IMG/VR virus record: IMGVR_UViG_3300049172_000141
Span: 1-57,921 of that record
Direction: 5' to 3' (one strand)
DNA length: 57,921 nucleotides
From: a virus
Taxonomy: Duplodnaviria; Caudoviricetes
The notes below the pieces were generated by a model, which ran no database searches, had not been told where the DNA came from, and worked only from the letters and a program-made list of their open reading frames with translations. How positions within the stretch are numbered: position 1 is the stretch's first letter; each line of letters begins with the position of its first letter. Shown one piece after another: positions 9,201 to 17,724 of the stretch. Made by a program: the position numbers and the translations under genes.

Positions 9201-9667
9201 GACGTCAGACCCCGGAAGGCGAAGGTCTCCCGCTGGACGAGGATTTCGTCCATCTCCGCTTCGGTCAGGTGGCCTTCCTGGAGCAGGACGTACAGCTCGT
9301 CGGCGTCCAGGGTCGGGACCGGAGGAAAGGCCCGTCGATACAGCGCTTCGCTCTTAGCCTTGAGAATCCGCTCTGCGGTCTCCTCGTCGGCGACAATGGA
9401 AACGCGGCGCTCCCGCTTGATGCGGATGTACTCGTTGTCGCCGGCTGGCACCGGGAAAGGGAGGTCCAGGTACTGGCTTCCCTTGTGATCGGCGTAGCCG
9501 CGCTGCTCGACCGCGAGGGCCACCTTGTCGCGGAGCTTGTTGAGACGTGAAGTCTCTTCGGTCACCTGCGCTTTGAGGACCGCCCACTCTCGGAACACCG
9601 GGATGATCGGGTCGAACGGAATGCGCTGAGGTTCCGGGGCGGCCGTGGGATTGTTTTCTTCAGGCAC
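9197..9667 (-). CDS. Hypothetical phage protein
   Basis: GTG start with GGAG RBS; ATGA overlap downstream. Confidence 0.6.
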   Translation of the reverse strand: MPEENNPTAAPEPQRIPFDPIIPVFREWAVLKAQVTEETSRLNKLRDKVALAVEQRGYADHKGSQYLDLPFPVPAGDNEYIRIKRERRVSIVADEETAERILKAKSEALYRRAFPPVPTLDADELYVLLQEGHLTEAEMDEILVQRETFAFRGLTS

Positions 9668-9720
9668 GCAATGCTCCCGTAGGGGTGGTGCGAAGGAGCT
9701 ACTCCAAAGCTCCGTGCAGT

Positions 9721-9760
9721 TGACCCTACGAGCGGAAAAAATGACCGCCAATCGGCCAAA
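9721..9760 (-). promoter_or_regulatory. Putative early promoter (GCGGTCATTTTTTCCG...TAGGGT)
   Basis: Second copy of the motif upstream of recA. Confidence 0.55.
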
Positions 9761-9769
9761 CGAGTGCCC

Positions 9770-11356
9770 TCAGACGTTATTTCCGATGTGGTCAGAGAGG
9801 CTTTCCACGTCCATATCCAGCGAGCCCGCGCCGCGGCCATCGACCACGGCCTGAGACAGGCTCTGGCGCAGTCGGAGCGTGGCCTGTACGCGTTCCTCGA
9901 TGGAGTCCTCCACGACGAGGTTGACGACGTGGACGCGGTCGAATTGCGAGCTGGCGCGGACGTGCCTGGTGTTGCGCTGGGCCAACAGACCGTTGCTGTA
10001 GGGCAGGTCGTAGTTGATCAGGTACTGGACCTCGGGCAGGTCGAGCCCGTAACCGCCGGCGTTCGTCGACAGGAAGATCCTGCACTCGGGGTCCGTCTTG
10101 AATTTGGCGAGCGCTGCGGCCTTCTTGTCCGCGGTGAGCTGGCCGTGGAAGAGGACCAGGTCGCCATGCTTTTCGAGCCGCTCGGAGAGATACGGAAGCA
10201 GGCGGCGGTAGTCAGTGAAGACGGCGACCTTCGCGCCCTCGGCCGTCATGGTCGCGACCAGCTCGTCCAGCGCGTTCAACTTGGGCGAGGTGTGCAGGTC
10301 GGGCAGGTCGATGCGCGAGGCGGCGAACTCCGCGGCGTACTCCGAACCCTCGGTCTTGCTCTCGTGGTAGGCGACCGCGGAGTCCATGAGGAGCTGGGGG
10401 TGGTCCAGTAGCAACCGGGCCGCTTGGATACGGGCCATGACCTTGCCCTGGGCGCCGAAGCCCCCGTCCGGGCGGACGCCGGCGTAGTAGGCGGCGACGT
10501 CCAGCTCCTGGCCGGCCTCCGCCAGCTCCTCCATAGCGGACTGGAGGTCGCGCAGGATGGCCTTGTAGATGGCCCGGGTCGTCTTGTCGAGCTGCACCGG
10601 ATGCGTCGTCTCGGTGACGGCAGGCAGGTACTTGGCGACCTCCGGGTCCAGGCGGGATTTCCGGATCATCGCCTTCGAGAGGTTCCGGTGCAGCAGGTCG
10701 AGGTTCTTGTAGCTGGTGACGCCGCCGAACCAGTTCCTGTTGATGAACGACTTGTCGAAATGATCCCAGCGTCCGAGGATCTTTTCGTTGACCCACTCCA
10801 TGATGGAGTAGACCTCTTCGGGCCTGTTCTCAACCGGGGTCCCCGTCAGGCCGATCCGCACTGGCGGCTTGAGTTTCTTGATGCGCTTGCTGGTCTGGGC
10901 CGCGAAGTTCTTGATGGCGGTGGCCTCGTCGAGCACGAGCGCGTCGGCCCATACAGCGCACAGGTGCTTCCAGTCGTGCAGAACGGCCCCGTAGGAGGCG
11001 ATCACGTAGTCCGCGTGCTGGGCTGCCTCCCACTGCTGTTGGCGCTTGGCCGGGGTGCCGTTGACGACCACGCATACGTCCTCGGTCGGGACGGTGAGGG
11101 TGGCGCCGCGGACCTTCAGGGTGCGGGTGGTGGCGTCGGTGAAGGCCGCGATGGCTTGGGCCCACTGGAATTTCAGGGCGGACGGCACGAGGATGACGCA
11201 GCACCGGATCTCGCCTCGGCCGAGCATCTCTTCGAGCGCTGCGATGGTCATGACGGTTTTGCCGGTGCCCATGGAGTACGCGACCAGGATGTGGCGGTCG
11301 GAGAGGATGCGGTCGACGCCGTCATGCTGGTACGGGTGCAACTTGCCGGTGAACAT
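9770..11356 (-). CDS. SNF2/DEAD-like helicase
   Basis: MGTGKT, LDEATAIKN, LTGTPVENRPEE, AGGYGLDL motifs. Confidence 0.9.
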   Translation of the reverse strand: MFTGKLHPYQHDGVDRILSDRHILVAYSMGTGKTVMTIAALEEMLGRGEIRCCVILVPSALKFQWAQAIAAFTDATTRTLKVRGATLTVPTEDVCVVVNGTPAKRQQQWEAAQHADYVIASYGAVLHDWKHLCAVWADALVLDEATAIKNFAAQTSKRIKKLKPPVRIGLTGTPVENRPEEVYSIMEWVNEKILGRWDHFDKSFINRNWFGGVTSYKNLDLLHRNLSKAMIRKSRLDPEVAKYLPAVTETTHPVQLDKTTRAIYKAILRDLQSAMEELAEAGQELDVAAYYAGVRPDGGFGAQGKVMARIQAARLLLDHPQLLMDSAVAYHESKTEGSEYAAEFAASRIDLPDLHTSPKLNALDELVATMTAEGAKVAVFTDYRRLLPYLSERLEKHGDLVLFHGQLTADKKAAALAKFKTDPECRIFLSTNAGGYGLDLPEVQYLINYDLPYSNGLLAQRNTRHVRASSQFDRVHVVNLVVEDSIEERVQATLRLRQSLSQAVVDGRGAGSLDMDVESLSDHIGNNV

Positions 11357-12286
11357 CAGCGCCTCCTGCGCCACGGGTAATGGGCGCCGGCGTATGCGGA
11401 CCTGGCCGCGTCGTCGTCCATGTCGCCCAGGTCTTTCGCGGAGATCCCGCGGTAGTCGAGGAACTTCATCGCCAGCCCCCTGGGCCGCCAGCGCGCGTAC
11501 AGCCGGTCGCGTGAGGCGAGGCCGGCGGCGTCGTTGTCCAGGCCGAGGATGAGAGTCGAGCAGCGGGCCTTGATGAGCCGCATCTGCATTTCCGAGACGT
11601 GCGCCCCGAAGGCCGCGAACGCACCCTCGATGCCCAGGGAATGGGCGCGCACGGCATCGAGAGGGGATTCCAGCAGCAGTGCCGTGGTGCCGGTCCAGGT
11701 GAGTTCACCGAAAATCGTGCGGGACTTGAGAATTCCCTGCGGGTAGTTCCGGAAGAACCGCTTGCCCTTCTCCTGCCATCCCCACAGCTCCCCCGTCATC
11801 GGATTGCGGATAGGAAGAATCCAGTGCCTCTTCCTCGGATGCCACAGCACCCCGTACGCAGAGCAGGACTCGGCAGTCAGTCCTCGGGAGGCAAGGGCTT
11901 CCGGTGGAGGGGGTTCGAAAAGCGCCAGCGCGGCTTCAGTGATCCGCTCCTCTGGTTCCTTGCGTTCGGGCTGCTCCTCGTCGCGGGTGCGGTATACACC
12001 GTGGCGTGCGATCCACTGCCACGCCTCCACACGCGCGTACCCCAGCCGGTCTTCAACCAGGTCGATGAACATCCCGGCGTACCCGCACGAGAAGCAATTG
12101 AAGAGCCCCGTACGGGAGTTGACCGAGAACGACGGCCGGCGGTCCGTCTTCCCGGCCAGAGTCGGGTGGGCTCAACTCCCGCAATACCTCGATGCCGAGG
12201 CGCTGCATGGCGCCGGCGACGTCGGACGGCACGGGATTGCTGTAGGCGGCGAGGTGCGCCCAGACGTCAGTAGGGGAGGTCGTCAA
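11356..12286 (-). pseudogene. DNA primase (CHC2 Zn finger plus TOPRIM), frameshifted near 12171
   Basis: TOPRIM LLESPLDA...LDNDAAG. Upstream frame ...IEVLREL switches to AHPTLAGKTDRRPSFSVN...CFSC; the first Cys of the Zn finger is missing and an in-frame TGA precedes AH. Confidence 0.75.
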
Positions 12287-13496
12287 CTTCCTCCTCCTCG
12301 AACGCGGGCGGGTCCCAGGAGATGGAGATGAGGTGCTCCTGGGGTGGCGCATTGCGGGAGGCGAGGACTTTCATGCGGTAGAAAAAGTCCTCGTCGGTGG
12401 ATTCCATACCGACGACGAGGTCCGCGTCCTGGCCCCAGGCAGATGTGTAGCCGAGGCTGTTCACGGTCAGGCCCTTGGCGCCGACCTTGTGAGACAGCGA
12501 CTGAGTGGTGACGACGACCGGGATGTCGTTGTTCAGGGCGAGCTTTTTCAGGCCGCGGCTGATGTTGGTCAGCGCGAGGGGTGTCCCCGACTCACGGGAC
12601 ACCTCGTCGAAAAGGAAGTACGCGCCGTCGACAAAGACGACGCTGGGCGAGAGCTGGTCGATTTTCGACTGAATGCCGGTCAGCGTCATGACGCCGGCGC
12701 GGTCCTCGGTGATGATGTAGGGCTGCTCGCCGAGCGGGCCTTTGAGTGCCTCTTCCAGGGCCCGCCACTCGCGGGGGCTGAGGTCGCCGGTCTGGAGTTT
12801 CTTCGGGTTGACCTGCGCGAGGAAGCCGTCCAGGCGGCGGGCGATTTCCGCGTACGGCATCTCGAAGGAGATCAGCAGCGGCTTGGCGCCGTAGTCGTAT
12901 GCCGAGCGGGTCATGCCGAGCATGACCGTTGTCTTGCACGATTTGGCTAGGCCGGTGAGGACGATCATCTGCTGCGGTTGAATGCCCAGCGTGACCTTGT
13001 CCAGGAACCGGAATCCAGTGGGGATGCCGAGGAGTTGATCGGGGTTGTCGCGGGCCTGGCGGTACAGGGCCAGGCGATCGGAGCCGGTGGAGGCGTAGTC
13101 GATCTCGCGGGAGGTGGCGGAGGTGGTCGTGGCATGCGCGAGCATCATGCGCAGCAGCGGCAGCGCGGCCTCCGAGCCATTCTTGTCGAGGGCCTCTGCC
13201 ACGGCGTCCAGCCCGAGGTCGATGATGACGCGCCGGCGGGCCTCGTGCAGCTCCCGGATGAGGTAGTCCAGCGGCCCGGAGGAGTCCTCGTGGAAGGCGA
13301 AGTTCGGGTGGTCGCGTTGGATGACCTCCGGCGTGGGCGGCTCCCCGAAATCCGCCCGGAACGCCAGGATGTCCGCGAAGACCTTGCGGTTGTTCGGGTC
13401 GAGGAAGTGATCAGCCGTGATGCGCGCGGTGGTGACCGTCTCCAGGTCACCGGTCAGCGCGATGTAGCTGATCACCTCCTCTTCGATGCTGCTCAC
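12267..13496 (-). CDS. DnaB-like replicative helicase
   Basis: GIPTGF, GLAKSCKT, SFEMP, FVDGAY, QDADLV. Confidence 0.92.
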   Translation of the reverse strand: MSSIEEEVISYIALTGDLETVTTARITADHFLDPNNRKVFADILAFRADFGEPPTPEVIQRDHPNFAFHEDSSGPLDYLIRELHEARRRVIIDLGLDAVAEALDKNGSEAALPLLRMMLAHATTTSATSREIDYASTGSDRLALYRQARDNPDQLLGIPTGFRFLDKVTLGIQPQQMIVLTGLAKSCKTTVMLGMTRSAYDYGAKPLLISFEMPYAEIARRLDGFLAQVNPKKLQTGDLSPREWRALEEALKGPLGEQPYIITEDRAGVMTLTGIQSKIDQLSPSVVFVDGAYFLFDEVSRESGTPLALTNISRGLKKLALNNDIPVVVTTQSLSHKVGAKGLTVNSLGYTSAWGQDADLVVGMESTDEDFFYRMKVLASRNAPPQEHLISISWDPPAFEEEEVDDLPY

Positions 13497-13771
13497 GAAA
13501 TGTCCACCAGCGTCAGCGGCCCGACTTCTTCCTCCAGGTCGCCGAGCGCGATGGGGCCGTGATACTCGTCATTCACGACGGGCTCGAACGTCACCTCGGG
13601 CATCTCGCCCTCGTGGGCGCGGATGACCACGGCCCACCCGACCAGGGGCAGGTATTGCATCTCCGCTTCGCCGGACTCAGAGCGGAACTGGCAGGTCTTC
13701 CCGGTTGTGTCGGGGATCAGGTGGGTGACGATGCGGTTGCTGTCCTCCGGGGGGATGCGGTAGTTGATCAC
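13493..13771 (-). CDS. Small acidic hypothetical protein, paralog A
   Basis: Shares LVGWAVVI...GEMP...EPVV...LGDLEEE.GPLTL with neighbour. Confidence 0.7.
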   Translation of the reverse strand: MINYRIPPEDSNRIVTHLIPDTTGKTCQFRSESGEAEMQYLPLVGWAVVIRAHEGEMPEVTFEPVVNDEYHGPIALGDLEEEVGPLTLVDIS

Positions 13772-14052
13772 AAGATCTCCAGCAGAGTCAGGGGCCCTGC
13801 TTCCTCTTCGAGGTCGCCGAGCGGGACGGGGCCCATGTACCGGTCGTCCACCACCGGCTCGACGGTGGTCTGCGGCATCTCGCCGGCGAGGAAGGTGATG
13901 ACGACGGCCCAGCCGACCAGGTCCCGTTCCTCGTAGCCGGACAGGCCGATTTCCGAGTGCAGGCGCGCGATCTTGCTGGTGTGGTCGGGGATGAGCTGGA
14001 CGACCTCGCGGCGCGGGTCCTGATGGGGCTCGGGGCGGTAGTCGGCGGTCAC
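13768..14052 (-). CDS. Small acidic hypothetical protein, paralog B
   Basis: Tandem paralog of 13493-13771. Confidence 0.7.
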   Translation of the reverse strand: MTADYRPEPHQDPRREVVQLIPDHTSKIARLHSEIGLSGYEERDLVGWAVVITFLAGEMPQTTVEPVVDDRYMGPVPLGDLEEEAGPLTLLEIL

Positions 14053-14513
14053 TAGGGCACCGCCCGCATCAATTCGGGGTTCTGCGGGTGGACGTAGATG
14101 CCGCGTGGGCCGTAGCGCAGGGTGTGCTCGGGCAGGCTGTGGAAGATGTGGGTGTTGCCGAGCAGGCCGATCAGCCGGGCCATTTCATTGGGGGTGGTGA
14201 CCACCAGGCGGCTGGTGGGGATGCACTCGGCGTCAACGCGGGTGGCCAGGTCGCCCTTCAGCTCCTCCGGCAGGTAGGTGACCAGCGCTACCTGCACGTC
14301 GCGTTGCCACAGACGCCACAGCTCGGCCACGGCCTTCCCGTTGGTTTCCTCGAACAGGTCCAGCGGGCTGCTCCAGCGGCTGTGCCAGCGCATACGCCTG
14401 CGGAAACGATTCTCCGTAAAGCGAGGCCCGGGAATTCCGATCAAGTGCTCCCACACCACAAAGACTTCTGTGGGGATCGACTCGTCGTCTGCGAGGTCGG
14501 CGTACCCGATCAC
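14052..14513 (-). CDS. Hypothetical protein (possibly degenerate HAD-like)
   Basis: GTGA overlap with DnaC-like stop; fold guess is weak. Confidence 0.55.
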   Translation of the reverse strand: MIGYADLADDESIPTEVFVVWEHLIGIPGPRFTENRFRRRMRWHSRWSSPLDLFEETNGKAVAELWRLWQRDVQVALVTYLPEELKGDLATRVDAECIPTSRLVVTTPNEMARLIGLLGNTHIFHSLPEHTLRYGPRGIYVHPQNPELMRAVP

Positions 14514-15175
14514 GCGTCGGCCCTCCGCGCGACTTCGCCGACGAAAATCTGTCGGCGTGTGCATCGGTCCATGAAGCTGCGCAGCGGCTTGGAGTAACGC
14601 TGCGCCCACTCACTTCCGCCCAGGTTCGTCGTGATGAGGGTCGGCCGGCCTTCGTCGTATCGCTGGCGAAGTAGCTCCGCGAGGGTGTCTTCGGCGTACC
14701 CGGAGTTGGTCGTGTGCTCCTGGCCGACGTCGTCGAGGAGGACCACATCGGCCCACTCGACCCGTTCGACGGCGTACGTCCAGCGGGAGAGTTCCTCGGG
14801 ATTCGCGTCCGGGCCGGCCTTGAGCAGAGCGATCTTGCGTTCCACGTGGGCGGGGAAGCGCGAGTAGTACACGCTCGTGCCCCACCGGCGGCGCAGCTCG
14901 CACAGCACGGCGCACGCCATGGTCGTCTTGCCGGTGTTCGGGGGGCCGGCGAACATCAGGCCCTGCCCGAAGATGTTCGGGTTGGTGGGAAGTGCCCGCC
15001 AGTTCTTGTCCTGCTGGCCGCGGAACTGCTCGACGTAGGCGCGGGCCTTCGCGAGGGCCTCCGGGTGGCCGGGGCCCATGTCTTCGACGTCGTTGAGAGT
15101 CAGGCCCCTCAGCCGGGGCGGGAGGCCGGTGCCGACCCAGCGAGCGCGCTCGGGGTCCATGGGGCGCGTGATCAT
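14510..15175 (-). CDS. DnaC/IstB-like AAA+ helicase loader
   Basis: GPPNTGKT, VLLDDVG, RPTLITTN. Confidence 0.88.
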   Translation of the reverse strand: MITRPMDPERARWVGTGLPPRLRGLTLNDVEDMGPGHPEALAKARAYVEQFRGQQDKNWRALPTNPNIFGQGLMFAGPPNTGKTTMACAVLCELRRRWGTSVYYSRFPAHVERKIALLKAGPDANPEELSRWTYAVERVEWADVVLLDDVGQEHTTNSGYAEDTLAELLRQRYDEGRPTLITTNLGGSEWAQRYSKPLRSFMDRCTRRQIFVGEVARRADA

Positions 15176-15702
15176 GAGTTCTCCCAAGAGGCGATGAACG
15201 CCTGGTCCTCGGCCGGGGTGGTGCTTGCGGTTTCGTTCCAGCTCTCGTACTCGGCGTCTGTGACGGTCACGCCGTGAGAGCGCAGCGCCCGCAGCAGCTC
15301 GTAGCGGCGCACCTTGAAGTCCCAGACGTAGGGCTTGGTGGGCTGGCGCTTGCCGAGCCGGGCGATGTAGAGGTCGACCAGGGCGCGGCAGTCGTCGGGG
15401 GTCAGGCCGACGCCGCGGCGCAGGTCGCTGAAGACGGCCATGAGGGCTTGGCGGTTGCCGATTTCCAGGCCGCCGGCCCAGCTCAGCGGGGGGCACGCCC
15501 GGGTGAAGTAGTCGGCCAGGCCGGCGACACTGTCCGGGCCGTAGGAGCGGCCTTGCGAGCGCTTGACGCGGCGCGGTGCGGGCTCGGGTGGGGTCCAGGC
15601 GGTGCGGGGGGCTGGAGAGGTCTCCGATGTGCCCTGGAGGAGTTTCCGGGCGCAGGCCGTGGCGTCAAATTCGGAGTCGGGGTCGATCTGGCGTCGAGCC
15701 AT
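15172..15702 (-). CDS. Hypothetical replication-associated protein
   Basis: GGAG RBS; coupled to DnaC-like gene by ATGA overlap. Confidence 0.6.
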   Translation of the reverse strand: MARRQIDPDSEFDATACARKLLQGTSETSPAPRTAWTPPEPAPRRVKRSQGRSYGPDSVAGLADYFTRACPPLSWAGGLEIGNRQALMAVFSDLRRGVGLTPDDCRALVDLYIARLGKRQPTKPYVWDFKVRRYELLRALRSHGVTVTDAEYESWNETASTTPAEDQAFIASWENS

Positions 15703-15754
15703 CGCGGTCTCCTGATGGTGTGGCGGTCCAGAAGTGCACGCGAACATCCGTTCG

Positions 15755-15875
15755 CGGGCAGCTAATAGAAACCGAAGGTTTCTATTTAGCAGTTCGCTTG
15801 CTTGAGCTAGAGCTGGTGCTTTTGCTTGAGTGCGTATGTACGCGCTCGATGCGTCAGTTGCTGCGTCAACTCAGT
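15755..15875. other. Candidate replication origin: AT-rich inverted repeat plus short direct repeats
   Basis: gctaatagaaacc-gaa-ggtttctatttagc (15761-15790); ttgcttgag twice; tgcgtca twice; lies between wHTH gene and DnaC-like genes. Confidence 0.4.
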
Positions 15876-16285
15876 TACTCGCTCTCCGACATGTGCTCCT
15901 CCAGGTGGCGGTTCTCTTTCACGAGGAGGCGGATTGCGCAGTCAACGAGCTGGTGGTGAGGCATTCGCTCCTGAGCCATGCGGATAGGGCCGAATACGCT
16001 CGCGATGGGAACATTGCCGACGCGTACTTGCGTCTCGGTCTGAGCACCCGGCCAGGCGAGGACACGGACAAGTCCGATGGCGCGAAGGTCACTTAGGGCC
16101 CGGGTGGCGGTGCGCAGGCAGACCTTCATTTCGTCCGCAAGGTCCTGCTGAGTGATGTACGCGCAGGACCATCCAGTGTTCTCGTCGAACCGACTGTCCT
16201 TGTGCGTAACGAGATTGGTGTACGCCGTGCGAGCCCTTTCCGGAACTCGGGCGAGGATCTCGTCAACGGGAATTTCGGCGATCAT
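15875..16285 (-). CDS. Winged-HTH protein, replication-initiator-like
   Basis: ITQQDLADEMKVCLRTATRALSDLRAIGLV. Confidence 0.7.
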   Translation of the reverse strand: MIAEIPVDEILARVPERARTAYTNLVTHKDSRFDENTGWSCAYITQQDLADEMKVCLRTATRALSDLRAIGLVRVLAWPGAQTETQVRVGNVPIASVFGPIRMAQERMPHHQLVDCAIRLLVKENRHLEEHMSESE

Positions 16286-16332
16286 GCTATTCTCCCCGTG
16301 GATCAGTTGAATGGCGTGGCAGCCAGAGCGAC

Positions 16333-16370
16333 GGCCCCCGGCGGAATCCGGTCAATGCCCGCCGGGGGTC
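16333..16370 (-). terminator. Stem-loop terminator
   Basis: cccccggcgg / ccgccggggg inverted repeat just after stop at 16380. Confidence 0.55.
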
Positions 16371-16379
16371 TTCCGTTTG

Positions 16380-17258
16380 TCAGGCGGGGACTCGCCGCGT
16401 CTGCGCGGTCTTCGGGGGTCGGCCACGGCCGGCCGGCTCCCACTTCCCGGTCTCGGGGTTGAAGATTTCGAGCCGGGTCTTCTTGGGCTCGCCGTCTCCC
16501 TTGGCCTCGGCTGGCGCTTCCGGCTTGGGCGCGAGCAGTGAACGGCCGCGGATGAGGCTCTGGCGCAGATTTCCGGCTTGGTTGACCAGGTCGCCGAAGA
16601 GAACGTCGACGAACGTCTCGGCGTCTTCCAAAGCCCTGTTGACGGTGGCGACTTCGGACGCGGTGAGCGTCACGTCGGGGGCGTCGCTGACCACGAGCGC
16701 CATCTGTCCGTCCGGCTCGACCTCTACGGCTGCCTCCATCGGGGGCTCGTGGTCGGGCAGGTGCTGCCAGGTGACTTCCAGCAGCATGCGGGAGAGGTCG
16801 TGGACCGGGATGCCCTCGCGCAGTGCCGCGGCGGCGGCCTCGGCCGTGGCCTCGTCGAACTGGGCCTCGGTGGACAGCACCAGCAGCATCGGGTTCTCGG
16901 CCTGGTTGAGCTTCTCGACCATGGCCTTGTGCAGGTCACTGACTACGACGATGTCGTTCTCGGGGTTGTCGACGTTGCCCAGGACGTCATCCGTCGCCTC
17001 GTTGCCGGTCTCATCCCACAGGGCTTGATAGGGCAGTTCGCAGCGCACCGTCCATTCCCAGAACGCGTGCACGGCCTGGGAGGTGGCCTGTTCGCCGGCC
17101 GGGATGATCACGTGCAGTTCGTAGCGGTCGGAGGGGGCGAAGTAGCCCTCGTGGTCCTCGGCACCGAGGGAGAAGTGGGCGTTGAGGGTGTCGACGATGA
17201 GATTTCCCGCGACCTCTGCATCCCCCAGAACCCCCAAGGTGACGGTCCGCAAAGCCAT
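16380..17258 (-). CDS. Acidic protein with C-terminal AT-hook-like motif
   Basis: GAGG RBS; C-terminal GRGRPPK. Confidence 0.7.
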   Translation of the reverse strand: MALRTVTLGVLGDAEVAGNLIVDTLNAHFSLGAEDHEGYFAPSDRYELHVIIPAGEQATSQAVHAFWEWTVRCELPYQALWDETGNEATDDVLGNVDNPENDIVVVSDLHKAMVEKLNQAENPMLLVLSTEAQFDEATAEAAAAALREGIPVHDLSRMLLEVTWQHLPDHEPPMEAAVEVEPDGQMALVVSDAPDVTLTASEVATVNRALEDAETFVDVLFGDLVNQAGNLRQSLIRGRSLLAPKPEAPAEAKGDGEPKKTRLEIFNPETGKWEPAGRGRPPKTAQTRRVPA

Positions 17259-17402
17259 ATTTTCCTCACATGGGTTGATCGGGTGGGCGTCAGCGATAGT
17301 GCCTCTGTTGACCCGTCGGAAATAGGTGCGACAGGGGACTTTGTTTTAAGACCACTCACCTGGCGGAATGTGGGCCGCGGGAGTGAGACAGTGGCTCTGA
17401 CC

Positions 17403-17711
17403 TCACGGGCCTGGCATTGGCATCCCCCGTCTGGCCCTGCCCCTTGTCACGGTGGCAATTTGGGGTGTCTCACCTGAACGGCTTAGAAGGTGGAGCGTGC
17501 CGGCGATCGAAGCCGCCGCAATTACCGTCAGAAAATCGCGGCCCACCCAGCGGTCCAACGCAACGGTGACCCCCAGGGCGGTCAGCGCCTTCAGGTAGGC
17601 GGCTGCCATGTCGGGCACCGGCAGCAAGGAGCACAGAGCGCCAATCAGCGGGCGCACAAGGCACTCCCAGACGAAGAATGCGGCGAGTGCGAGGACGATC
17701 AGGTAGAGCAT
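17403..17711 (-). CDS. Membrane protein, holin candidate
   Basis: Two to three hydrophobic segments and basic C-terminus; last gene of tail operon. Confidence 0.5.
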   Translation of the reverse strand: MLYLIVLALAAFFVWECLVRPLIGALCSLLPVPDMAAAYLKALTALGVTVALDRWVGRDFLTVIAAASIAGTLHLLSRSGETPQIATVTRGRARRGMPMPGP

Positions 17712-17724
17712 GGCGATTCCCGGG

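Noticed and set aside
6016-13496. Inteins or introns in polymerase/helicases
   Set aside because: Protein lengths are normal and no splicing or homing-endonuclease motifs were seen.
14510-15175. IS21 element (IstB)
   Set aside because: No IstA transposase or terminal inverted repeats; context indicates a DnaC-like loader.
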